Part shown: positions 10,660 through 23,714 of the stretch, piece by piece
Numbering within the stretch: the stretch's first letter is position 1
How the letters are laid out: every line of letters begins with the position of its first letter
DNA from: Octopus sinensis
Taxonomy: Eukaryota
Assembly: GCF_006345805.1 (NCBI RefSeq)
Contig: NC_043000.1
Span: 82,770,001 to 82,834,000 of the forward strand
Length of the DNA: 64,000 bases
Direction: 5' to 3'
The notes under the pieces: generated by a model
What the model was told of the DNA's origin: nothing
What the model saw: the letters and a program-made list of their open reading frames with translations, nothing else
Databases searched by the model: none
Position numbers and translations under genes: made by a program

Positions 10660-13199
10660 TATGCGTAAAATAGGTTTGTACGTGTGTGTGTCTGTGTGTG
10701 TGTGTAAGTGTGTGAGTGTGTGTAAGTGTGTATGTGTTCGTGTGTGTGCGTTCGTAGATTTGTGTGTGTGAGTAAATATATGGGTGTGAGTTTGTATGTG
10801 GGTGTGTAAGAGTGCGTGTGTTTTGTAGGTTTATGCGTGACAAGCGTGGAAAATTAAATAAAACACGTATATGTTTATACCTGTATATGTGTGTGAGCGA
10901 ATAGGGAGTTAAGAGTGTGAGCTAAGGTGTGTGCAACTGTTTGTGAACGATGAGTAAGACGGGGTTTTAGTGAGCGGTGTGTACAAGGGGCTAATGACGT
11001 GGATGTATGTTGAGGTGAATGATGAAGTAAGCGAAGTGAAATATGTTTTAAAGTACGGTAATATATGTGTATGCGAGTGAAGGAGTGAAAAGGGAGTTAA
11101 GTGCGTGGACGAGATTGTTTGAGAATGAGTGTGTTTATGTGGAATGGGTAAGTCGTGTGCAGGCATTATTGAGAGTGTTGGTGTGTGTGCCGGATGTTCG
11201 ATGAAATGTGTAACAAGAGTATGTGAATGCGTGTGTATATGTATGTAGTGTGTGGGTATATAGGTAGAAAAGCAGTAGTAAATTATAATGCATATGTAGG
11301 TAAGTGTTTTACAGGAATGCAAATTGGTTGTCATTCCAGCAGGACAAGACATGTTTCAGCGGAAGATGAACTGTTGTTCACGACGAAGTCGGGAAGCGGA
11401 AGAGCCAGATTTTGTATAACTCCCCTAAATAGCAAGGTGTCGATGGATATGGCCAAGAAAACTGAAGTAGTGAGCTGCTAGCCTGAGTATTCCCTGAAAC
11501 AATTATCCAACCGGGGCCAGTTTCCATTATGTAAAGTAAACCACACAGTTAGCATCTCATAGTGTAGGCGAAAGTGAAGCAGGTCGTGGCATAGAAAGAT
11601 AATTGCGTTATAAGTAAAGTGATGATGCTCTGAATGACGATTTAGGTATTACAGGGGAAGGTGGGGAGCATGCAAAAAGTCCAAGTTGGATAAAGTGTGT
11701 GTAGTACGAACTGTGGTTGGTTCATATCTGGAGGAAGAGAATATTCGAGAAAATGTGGAGAGCAACAGGGTGGTATTGGAAGAGATGGGAGTGTCATAGG
11801 ATGGAATATGAGAGTGGTGGGAGGGAGATCCTTTTCTTCATCGTCTGTACAGCACGTGCTTCCAGCAGCTATTTCTTACAATCTATAAGGCAAACACTTC
11901 GTCTCGGCATGCAACTGTCCCATTGAACTCCTATCCCTACATGCACACACTCACACACACGCGCACGATGGCACACACACACACACACACACACAAACAC
12001 ATACACGTACACTACAGTATGACGTATTGCTATCACGTCTTACTCATCTTCACACACATTTATTCCCGCAAAACCTTACACACATACCAAATACTCTTTT
12101 CACACACACACACACACACAAGCATACTTCTCACATATTTCACTTCTCTTACTTTACCACCTATCTCTTCGCACATACCCCATACTTCCTTACCTACACC
12201 CTTCAGAGGCACACGCATTAACCCCTTACACAACTATCCGCTAACACACTCTTACACTACTCAACATACTCACATACATTTGTACAGAATCAGTCTTGCG
12301 CATACACATAACATTCTATTCGCCCGCACACACGCACACATATAAACATACCACACACACACTTCATTTCATATCCCATGTTTGTCTCGCACACATCCAC
12401 ACTCACCACACACACTCACAAACACAACCCTATTTCACACACACACGCACACACATAAAACCCTATTTCACACACTCAAACACACTCACACACACGCCAT
12501 TTTTCTTACGCTTATTTCCTTCAATATTATTCACCTTTCTGAACAAAAGAAGAGAGATTATAATTAATAAAATAAACTTCTTGACTCCATCACTGCCTGT
12601 ACCCTCCCAGCATATTTACATCATGGATTCAATGTTGTTCTTTCTTTCCTATACTTTCTCGACAAAGGACCATTATCCGAAACGTTCGCGTTTTTCTTTT
12701 ACATTGTTAAACGCATTGTTCGTTGCTCTAGTTTTTTTTATCTTTTCTCTCCTCGTTTCTTGCCTGAATATTAGGGAACTGTCGAGGCTACAACTTCACA
12801 GCGCTTATTTTCTTTTATAATCCTGTAAGGATCTTCAAGCTTGGTGGTCAGGCCCTTATGTTGTATATCCGTGATACAGGACTGTGTACGCAGGATGCAG
12901 GACTGTGTACTCTCTCAAAGTTGGCACACGCAATTGTCATTTTGTGCAGTCTGGTGAGGAAATTTACTCTCGATTTGGAGTCGACGTCCACGAGCGATGT
13001 GGGGTAGGCTAAGAGAAAATCGGAAATAAAAAAAATAATCTAACAGTAATGCAAACTCCTTCCTCTCGTTGTAGGTCAGCTCTAACCTATATCCAAAGCT
13101 GTTCCATCCGTGATCATCCTGTTGACTACATTATAACCAGGTCTGTATTATTTAATGTGACCTTGTTGTTTAATTGCAAGTCAACCCTGAAATTGCTGA

Positions 13200-13269
<70 letters not shown>

Positions 13270-16200
13270 GGTGGTGGCGGTGAAAATAGTAGTAGCGGTA
13301 GTAGAGACAGACAACACTAGCTCGACAGCAGATGCAGACCTGTAAGCATCTTAAAGGGTCTTAATGCCACAAGCGAGCAGAATTTGAAACAGCTAGTGAG
13401 TATCTGTGTGTGTGTGTGTGTGTGCGCGCGCGCGCGAGTGTGTGTGTGCATGTGAATGTGTGTGTGTGCGTGCATGCATGCGTGTGCGCGTATATACCAG
13501 TGTTGCGGGTGTGTATTCTTTGCGTGCTTGTCTCTGAATGATGAGTATCTGTGTGTATGTGCGAGTATATAAATGCATGCGTGTGTTCCTTGCGTACGCG
13601 TGTGTTTGCATGTACGTGTTTTCCGTATATGTATGATAGTGTGTATGTGTGTGTGCGTGTCGCTTTGCGTGTGGTGTGTGTTCTGAATATGTCTTGTTGA
13701 AGCTAGTTGATTGCAAGTGTGCGCCTTTGTCTATATGCTTCTGTGTGTGTGTGTGTGTGGTATATTTCTTGCGTGCTTTCTATGCCACTGCCTTTTCTGT
13801 GTGGTATGTCTGCGTGTATGTGCTTTGTATATGTGATTGGGTGTATCTTGTGTGTTCGTGTGTATTCACTGTTATTGTTGAGTGTGTATGTGTTCAGCAA
13901 ATGCGTATGAGTCCATGTGTGTGTGCGCGCGCTCCTGCCTGAATGTGCTTGTGCGTGTGAGTGTGTGTATGCATATTAATGTTTATTGAACGTTGCGTTT
14001 ATGTGCATGTCTGCTGCATGTTGTGATATTCATGTGTGTGCTCCTAATGCCTGCTATCTATGTGTATGTACTTAAAAATGCATATATCGTGTATGTTCTG
14101 TGAATGTGTATGAGTGTGAATGTGTGTAACAGAGAGAAAGAGAGAGAGAGAGAGAGTGTGTGTGTTTGCGTGTGCCCGCGTGCGCGCGTATGGTGTGTGT
14201 GTTTCTGCTGTTGTTTTGTGCGTGTGAGTCTGCGTGATGTATGTTCATGATACAGAATGTGTTTATGTGAAGAAAAGGAAAAGAGACAAAACGAAAGAGA
14301 AGGGGGAAGTAAGAAAGTGTTTGCGTTTATGCGTGTATGTGTGTGTATGAATGTTTATGTGTGAATATGCGTGCATCCTGTGTATGTATGTATATATATA
14401 TATATATTGCGTTTGTATATGTCTGTATGTGTGTGTTTGCGTGTGTATAGGTGTCTGTGTATCTGCATGTGTATCTTTCTGCGTATGTATGAATGCGCGT
14501 GCGCACGCTTACGTGGGTGTGCGTGTGTGTGTATGTGTATGTGTGAATGTGCATCACTGCTTGTGTGTACTTACTGAATATGTGTATTCGTATGTGTATT
14601 CATTTATGTGTCTGTGCTACATACAGCCAGTGTGTATGTGCAAAGTGTAAGTGTTAGTATAGAGGGAATGGGAGGGTAAGTAAGTGGCGGAGGAGGAGGT
14701 TGAGAAGAGGCGCACGGGTGGGACGTGGTGAGAAGTGGGTAGAGGAGAACGAGGGAAGTGGTTGTGGTGGTGATCATAGCTGTGGTGGTTCTGGTAGCAG
14801 TTGTGTTGTTGTTATTGATGGTAGTGGTGGTAGTGGTGTTGGTGGCGGTAGTGGTGTGGTGGTAGCGGTAGTGGTGTGGTGGCGGCGGTAGTGGTGTGGT
14901 GGTGGCGGTGACTGCGTTGTCGTTGGCATTGGTGATGGTTATAGTAGTGGTAATAGTGGAATAACTGGTAATGGCGATGGTGGCGAGAAGTGATGGTGGT
15001 ATTGATGCTGGTTGTGATGATGATGATATTTCGGTGGTCGTTGTAGTGACTGCTGGTGGTGGAATAGTAGTAGTAATAGTAGTGAGAGTTGTATCTGTAC
15101 GGTGTGTGTGTGTGTGTATATCTGTGTATGTGTATGTGTGTGCATAACTGTGTCTGCGTATATGTGTATATCTCTGTGTGTGTATGTGTGTGTGTGCGTA
15201 TGTAGTGTTCATGAAGTAATGTGTATGTCGGTAATGCGTCTGTAGACTATGTATATGTGTATGTATGTGTGTATGTGCTGTCTGTACATAGTATGCATAT
15301 GCATGTGGAATGTTTATTGAGTGTGCGCGTATGTATATCTGCCTCTGTGTGTGTGCGTGTGCATATGCAGTGTCTGGAGTGTAATGTATATGTGAGTGGA
15401 GTGTGTGTAGACTGTGTATGTGTGTGTGGAGAGTCTCAACCTTGTATGCATATGTATGTGGAGTATGTATAAAGTGAGTGCGCGCGCGTATGTGTGTGTA
15501 TGCAAATGTATCTGTAGGTTGTATGTCTATGTACATGTAGTGTCTATAGAGTGTGTATGTGCATGTATATATGTATGTGGTGTAGCTAGTGTGTGTGTGT
15601 GTGCGTATATGTATGTGTATATATATGTATGTGGTGTTACTATTGCATGCGTGAGTGTGTGTTTATAGCGTGTAGCGTCTGTAGACAGCGTGTGTGAGTG
15701 TGGAGGAAGTGTAGGAGTCGGTGTGTAGACTGATAAGTTAAAAGAAAAAAAACGAAGGGTGTCCATTGGTGGGGGTGGAGTAGAGGCGGTTGTGGAAGTG
15801 GTAGATGGAGGATGAGGAGGTGGTTGCCGGATGAAACGTTGGGGAGTATGGGGAAGAGGTAGAGTCCGAAGTTGTTAGAGTGATAGTAGGTGGTTGGCGT
15901 GGTAGTGTTTGGGTAGTAGTTTTGTTGGGTGTAATATAGCAGTGGTTGGTACGGTAGTGTGATTGTAGTTTAGGTAGTAGTGTTAATGGCGGTGTACTAT
16001 AGTTGTGGCTGGTGTGGTAGTGTGATTGTAGTTTGGGAAGTAATGATGGTTGTAGTGATTGTAGTTTAAGTAGTAGTGTTAATGGTAGTGTAATATAGCC
16101 GTAGTTCGTGTGGTAATGGAACTGTAGTATAGGTAGTAGTGGTAGTGGAATATAGCGGTGGTTGGTGTGGTAGTGATTGTAATTGTAGTAGTGGTGGAAT

Positions 16201-18433
16201 ATATGATGTGGATGATGTAGTGTGATTAGAGTTTAGTAGTAGTGTTGGTGGTAGTGGGGGTGGAATACAGCATTGGTTGGTGTGGCAGTGATTGTAGTTT
16301 TGGTAGTGGTATTAGCGGTGATTGGTGTGGTAATGTGATTGTAGTTTAGGTTGTAGAGTTGATGGTGGTGTGGTAGTAGTGGTGGTATATGGCGATGGTT
16401 GTTATAATAGTAATGATTGTAGTTTTGGTAATGGTATCAGCGGTGGTGTAACTCAGCGGTGGTTGGTGTGGTAATGTGATTGTAGTTTAGGTTGTAGAAT
16501 TGATGGTGGTGTGGTAGTGGTGGTGGTATATGGCGATGGTTGTTGTAATAATAATGATTGTAGTTTTGGTAATGGTATCAGCGGTGGTTGGTGTGGTAAT
16601 CTGATTGTAGTTTGGGTAGTGGTACGGATGATTGTGTAATATAGCTGTTTGTGTGGTAGTATAATTGTAATTTAGGTAACAGTGCTGGTGGTAGTGTAAT
16701 ATAGCAGTGGTCGCTGTTGTTGTGTGATTGTAGTTGTAGTAGTAGTGTAATTTAGCTGTGGTTGGTATGGTGGTACGGTTGTAGCTTAAGTGGTAGTGCT
16801 GGATAAGTATGGTGGTTGCAAATGCCGTAATGCTAGTGCTGGTGTGATAGTGTGGTAGCAGACTGGTTGGGTGGTAGAGTTGGTTGTGGTATGGTGCCTG
16901 GGCGTTGGTTATGTAGCATAGGAGAGGGAGAGAGGTTGCTGATAGTGGTTAGGTCGTAGTATGGGACGAACGAACAATGCGTGGGTGGAAAGGGTAGTGG
17001 CGGGAGAGGGTTTAGTGGGAAAGGGATTATGGTGGGTGGAAGTGGTGGGGTCGAGATGATGGGGTTTAATGAGGAGGATGGCGTTGGTGGAGGAATATTA
17101 TGATGGAGGGCAGGGGATTGTAGTGGAAGGCTTCTGTGGTGGTGGGAGGAAGTAAAAAGGTTGGTTGCTATAAGAGGAGGTAGGAGAGACGACTCACTTC
17201 CTCCACTTCCTACATTTTCTCCCTCCCTCAATAACTTTCCTTCACTACAACCATTCCTCCCGCCTCCACTACAGTCAGCCTACAGTCTTAGAATGGATGA
17301 GGAGGATGGTAATGTAGGATCTGTGGTAATGGCAGAAGAGTTGTGGGTGGAAGCAGATAGGTTTTTTTTTTAAAGAAGGGATGGCAATGAAGGAAGAATT
17401 TTTTTTTTAAAGAAGGGATGGCAATGAAGGAAGAAAGAAGAACGGTAATGACAGAGAGAGAGAGAGAGTGGGGTAGTTTAGGAAGATGGTGATAGTGATG
17501 GTGGGGGTTTTAATGGTGGCGGTGCTGTTGGTGGTTGTGTTACCGGCTGTGATAGTAGTAGTGGTCGTGATGGTGCTTCGTAGTGAGGGAAAAATATGGA
17601 AGTGTGGAGGAGGGAAGACAGTGGGAGAAATAGTGGCGGTGTAGGTGCAGAGAGTTGTATTGACTGAATGAAAGAATATTACGGTGATGTTTAGTGGTAG
17701 TGGTTGCGATAATAGTGATGCTGATGGTGTTGGTGCTGGAGGTGCTTTCTTTGTTCTTTGTGGTAGGCAAAGGTGGTTGATGTAGGCAGTAGTAGTGATT
17801 ATGGTGATGATGATGGTGGTGGTGTGCGTAGTAGTAGTTGTAGTAGTAGTGCACACTACAGCTACAACTGATGTTGCCATTACTACTACTATTACTGTTG
17901 TAGTGGTAGTGACAGTGGTCACAGTGAATGTAATAGTGATTGTGGTGGTGGTGGTGGTGGTAATATTAATAGTGGCGATTAAAATGTTGATGGTGCTGTC
18001 AGTTATAATAAAGGTTGTTGATGGTGATGGTATTGACGGTAACGAAAATACTGGTGGTAGTGGTATTGGTGGTGGTGGTGGTGATGTACTTAGCAGAGTT
18101 GGTGGCGATGGCGGTGGTGGTGGTGGTGGTGGTGGTGGTGGTGGTGGTAGCGTTAATTGCATCTATATGTATATGTGTATGCGCGCGAGTGTGTGTATGT
18201 GTGCCAATCCGTCTGTATATGTACATCTGTCTAATAGGCTGTCTGTATGTGTGCGTGTATGCGTGTATGTGTATGTATATGTGTGTTTGCGCGAGTGCCT
18301 ATGTATGTTTGTATGCTTCTGTTTATGTTAGGTGTTTGTGTCTGCGCTTATACCTCTCTGTGAAGACTATTTGTGCGTCTATGCCCGTAAAAGTGAAGAT
18401 GTATATGTATTTATACATACATACATACATACA

Positions 18434-18500
<67 letters not shown>

Positions 18501-18547
18501 ATATATATATATATATATATTGCATATGTTTTATTTATTAATATATT

Positions 18548-18605
<58 letters not shown>

Positions 18606-20006
18606 TGTATGTATACATGAGTGCATATGTGTGTGTGTGTTGTGTGTGTGTGTGTGTGTGTGTATGCTTGTTGTACTATATGTATGTGTTGAGTGTATCT
18701 GTGTGCATGTGTAAATGTGATACCGGAGTGAGTTCGTGAGAGAGACGGATAGAGAGATAAAAGATAAAATGAGGCAAGAAGAGGACAGATAGACAGACAG
18801 GATGAGTTTGTGTGTATATGTGCTTTACGTGTTATGCATGTGTGCGCGAACGCGAAAAGGGGAAGAGAAATTGTATGTATGTATGTATGTACGTATTATG
18901 TATGTATGTATGTATGTATGTATGTATGTATGTATGTATGATGTATATATCTATGTATGTATGTGTGTATGTATGCATGCATGTATGAAGTCTGAATGTA
19001 AAGGAGAAAGAGAGTGGAAGTATATTTTTGAATGAATGAAAGAACGGGATATCAAGAGAGAGAGAAAGAGAAATGGAGAGAATCAAGCAAGAGAGAGTGA
19101 GAGAAAGAGAGTATGAGTGTAAAAAGGAAGACTGAGTGCGAGAAGCTTGTGTTTGTAAGAAAGAGAAAGATTGAGAGAAGAGAAGAGTTGTGAGGAAGAA
19201 TGAATACAGTGATGATGAATGGACGTGACTTCCGCATCCTACACATCTTACCTGCCCCTTCTGACTTCCTTCCCGCTATATAACTTCTATTACATCAATG
19301 GTGGTGGGGAGACAGTGGATTTCTGGTGGTGGTAGTGGAGGTAGTAATAGTGAAGTATGTGATAGTGGGAGATGTGAGCTGGTGGTTACGATAGATGATG
19401 GTGATGGTGATAGAGGTGGTGGCGGCTGTAGTGGTGTTGGTGGGTAATAGACGTAATGATTGTGGTTGGGGGTAGCTGAGCAGTAAGTTGTTAGTGGTGG
19501 TGGTGATAGTGGTAGTACATATGAGGCGCAGGTGGTAGGGTTGGTGGCGGTTATGGTGGTGATAGTCGTGAAGGTTTTGGTGGTAATTGCAGTGAAGGCG
19601 GCGGTGGTGATGGAGGTGGTCGATCGTGATGGCAGTACTGCTGCCAGGCGGAAGAGAGAGAATGAGGTGTCACCAATTTTCTTATCTATGTCTGAGCAGG
19701 GGTACAAGGGGAGGGTTGAGGCCATAGTCTTTTGATGGCAGAGGGGATATATAAGGAAATGGAGAGAGACAGACAGTCAGACAGACAGCGGGGATACGAA
19801 GGGAAGAGAGAGAGCTAAAGAAGTGAGGTGGCTGGAGAGACGACAGAGATGGGTGAATGTGTGTGTATGAAATGTGTGTATTTGCATGTGTATGTATGCC
19901 TTTATGTTAGTAAGTATACGGTCGTGCTTCAGTATGCATGCATTATCTATGTGTATATACATATATATTTATAATATATTTTTAGTGTGTATGTATACAT
20001 ACATAA

Positions 20007-20066
<60 letters not shown>

Positions 20067-20340
20067 ATGCATTTGTTCCTTGTGAATATATGAGCGTTCA
20101 GACAGACGCAAACACACGCATGCGTGTACATGTATACATGTACACAGATATGTATTTATGCATGCATGTATACATATATTTAAGCATGGGCGTATGTATG
20201 GATGGAGCGATGGAGAGAGGGCGGGAGGGGTGGAGGGAGGGAGAGGTGGAGGGATGGATGGACGGAAGGATGGATGGATGGATGGATGGAAGAAAAGATG
20301 GAGAACTGCATGTTTATGTAAGGTATGCATTTGTGTGAGA
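10660..20340. repeat. Large low-complexity domain: (GT)n, (CA)n, (GGT)n, (AGT)n, (TATG)n, (TA)n mosaics
   Basis: Almost continuous cryptic simple repeats, mostly G/T-rich on +. Confidence 0.9.
15880..16860. repeat. G/T-rich minisatellite (~55-65-bp degenerate unit) with a 141-bp-period duplication
   Basis: GGTTGGTGTGGTAGTGTGATTGTAGTTT recurs; 16322-16446 is nearly identical to 16463-16587. Confidence 0.8.
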
Positions 20341-20377
20341 ACCTATATTACTGTAAAATAATAAAAGTATATATTCA

Positions 20378-20590
20378 CGAGAGGGTGCTGAAAGGTTCCT
20401 GGCTTTAAGGGTGTCGCGAAAGGCCTGGCTGGAGGCCCAACCTTCCGATTCTTCCTCGAGGCTTAGAAAAACTGAACTCCTACAATAAATGTGTGAATCT
20501 GAGAGGTGAATATGTTGAATAAAATCATAATTAACTGATCCTCCTGTATTTTGTTTTACCCAAAACCAGGAGCTTTTCAGCACCCTCTTG
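20378..20590. mobile_element. Mariner-derived MITE (~213 bp)
   Basis: TIRs CGAGAGGGTGCTGAAAGGTTCCTGG / CCAGGAGCTTTTCAGCACCCTCTTG|TA; retains the transposase C-terminus (NKCVNLRGEYVE*). Confidence 0.85.
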
Positions 20591-21286
20591 TATATAGTTT
20601 ATGCATGTATTTACGCATTATTACTTGTATGTATACAAATCTACCCAATTCTACACTTTTCAAACATAACATTGTATGTATTGAGCACGCCCTTTTTTAT
20701 ACCGCACACAATGTAACGATACGTGCGTGCAGTAGGCACAAGCACGCACGCACACCCACACATACATACACACACACACATACACACATGCAGACGTACG
20801 CGCGCTTGTACGCAGACAGTCATGCACACCCCAACACACACGCATATAAATACGTGCTTTGCATGTCGGTGTATAAACATATATGAATGTATACACACAC
20901 ACACACACACACATACACACACATCTTTTCTCTCTCAAAAAAGTTTCTCCTAGCGTTCACTATTTTTTTCTCGTTCTGGTCTAACGACCCTCCATGTTTG
21001 TTTTCGTTCGGTTTCCATTTATGTCTCCACAATCATGTTTTTGTTCCCAACTTTGACCCTCCATAAATCCTAGAATTTATGGGAGTAACTGCCTTTGAAG
21101 CCTCATATTGTCGTTGAATGCTCGAAATGAGGAGTAGATAGACAGCCGACAACTGATGAAGGGTCCTTTCTCCGTGTTTACTTCTGTTTTCCATATTTTT
21201 ATCGTTGTTTACGTATATCATGTTATTTGCGCCGTTCGTGACGTCCTGTACCAATACATATGCATGTATGTATGTATCTATGTATG

Positions 21287-21346
<60 letters not shown>

Positions 21347-21352
21347 TGTATG

Positions 21353-21409
<57 letters not shown>

Positions 21410-21440
21410 TATATGTAAGTATCTGTAAATGTAATATGTC

Positions 21441-21508
21441 ACAATTATTCGGTAGCCATGATAAAACTCCGAGTTTCGGATATTTTATCGTGGCTACCGA
21501 ATAATTGT
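21441..21508. repeat. Near-perfect 68-bp hairpin
   Basis: ACAATTATTCGGTAGCCATGATAAAA..TCCGA-GTT-TCGGA..TTTTATCGTGGCTACCGAATAATTGT. Confidence 0.9.
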
Positions 21509-21620
21509 CATATATTACATTTACAGATAAATTCCTCCATTTACATAATATCGAGGTCTCTTCATTCTTTTGTTGACTTACCATTTTTATCAATATATAT
21601 ATATATAATATATATATATA

Positions 21621-21661
<41 letters not shown>

Positions 21662-21706
21662 CATAAAAAGTCAGATATTATAGATGAATACATTTATTTA
21701 ATCCTT

Positions 21707-21888
21707 TGTCATCCCTTGGGTTACGGCCGTTTCGCAACATTCTTCATGTAAAAATAATTTCGGTATATAATAAATTATGTTTATAAATCACCACTAATAT
21801 GTACACAACACATTTTACAATACAATACATTGTGTTAGTATTAATACATGAAGAGGGTTGCGAAACAGCCGTAATCTTAAGGATGACA
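21707..21888. repeat. 44-bp inverted repeats around an AT-rich spacer (MITE or Penelope-like remnant)
   Basis: 21707-21750 vs 21845-21888, 37/44 identity after reverse complement. Confidence 0.8.
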
Positions 21889-22221
21889 AGTGGTTAAATA
21901 AATATATTCATCTCTCATACCTCCTGACCTTTTATTGTTAATATACGTCTTAGAAAATAAGACGTAAATTGTTGATATATGTCTTATAAAATAATGGGAT
22001 CTTCTGGATTTCAGTTGCATGGAACTCTGCATTGAATTGCTAAGTCGTCTGTTAACCGAGTCCGCAAGATGAGCTTTGATAAGCACACTATTCTACGAAT
22101 CCATATATTATACTACAAATATAAATATATATTTTGTATCCATATATGCATGTATATATGTATATAGATATATATATATAATATATATATATATATAGAT
22201 ATATATATATATATATTATAC

Positions 22222-22259
<38 letters not shown>

Positions 22260-22376
22260 ATTTCTTTTGAATGAAACAGTTCTAGTCCTGTAGAAGCTCC
22301 TTCTATATAATAAATTAATTTACTCTGCTATGTATTGAGTACCTTATTTACTGGGTTAACCCCGACTCAACCCGGG

Positions 22377-22410
<34 letters not shown>

Positions 22411-23641
22411 TATATATATATAGATATATATATATATATATATATACATATATATAAAACAACATGAACAAGAATGGCGAATATCACATCTTTACTGATT
22501 ACACCATACAGCGCCGACGGTTGTTTCTATTGTACCAGTATATTTAGATAAAGGAAAAAGGTACCAAATACCTGTCAAACCAATAAATACAAAAAAAAAA
22601 TTGCGAACACAATATCATCAAGGTAACCCGAAACAGGTTTAGTTCAAAGCAAACTGAAATAATATCTATAATACATGAACGCGTGCAAAAAGAACGTTAA
22701 GAAGAAATATGATATTCTAAGAAAAGCCAGTATATCTAAATTTATGATAACGTGAGGAATAAAAAAAAGGAATAAAAAAATAAACAGAAATTCTATGTCA
22801 CATTTAGTTTTCTAGCATTTTATGTATGGTAAAAAAAAATAGAAAAGGGTTGCATATATGATTGTAGGAAAAACAATTATAATTTATTGAAATATTCATG
22901 GGAATGTTTCAACATAAGACTGGTTTTAAAATTTAATAATATTAAATTTGGAGTAATTACATAATACGTTTCTTCTAGGTAAAAGATCACATTTAAAATT
23001 ACCAGTTATAATGTACCACTTAACCCTGTAGTTAACGTTCCTGTCTTTCGAATTTCAAATGCATTTACTAAAATTCGTTGAATGATTTTGTTATTTAGAT
23101 TTCTAAATTGTAGCAGAAGAGCCTATATAATAATAACTACGATCCCTTGCAATTACTATTCATTGATATACATTATTTTTCCTTAAACACTGATTTTCTA
23201 AAGGACACATAAATTTGTTTTTATAATTACGAATTAATATCACAATTCATCTTATCGGTTCTACTTGTGTTTATCAATTTTGAGTTGTTATACTGTCTAA
23301 TTTTACTTTTTTTATACGCTGTTATAATTTCAGCTAAATTTCTGGTGGCTGAATAGGAAAATTTAACTTTATGGCGATTAAATAATTTCCCGTACTTGCT
23401 TGTAGGTGGGAAATATTTTATCCAATGCTGTAAAGAATTTCGAAGAATATTAGTAGTTATGTAAGATGCGAATGGTGCATTACACTACACAATATTCCTT
23501 GATTTAGCCCTTCTATTACTTACATAGACTTTTTGCGAAATATTAACATTATCAACTTGATTATAATTCTTAATCCCAATTCTAAAATAGATATTCTCCT
23601 GTCATAATTCTTACGCTTAGCTATTCATATTTATATACACC

Positions 23642-23712
<71 letters not shown>
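23642..23712. repeat. (TTA)n microsatellite
   Basis: Direct reading. Confidence 0.97.
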
Positions 23713-23714
23713 TT

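Noticed and set aside
11330-11870. piggyBac-like 'ISIDTLLFRG' motif on the minus strand
   Set aside because: No other catalytic motifs, TTAA or TIRs; weak resemblance to a LINE EN-linker is equally plausible, so it is left uncalled.
12780-12880. Gypsy integrase C-terminal 'GLTTKLEDPY' similarity (minus)
   Set aside because: Too short, with no supporting flanking motifs.
23015-23045. piggyBac-like TTAACCC terminus
   Set aside because: No matching opposite TIR could be found.
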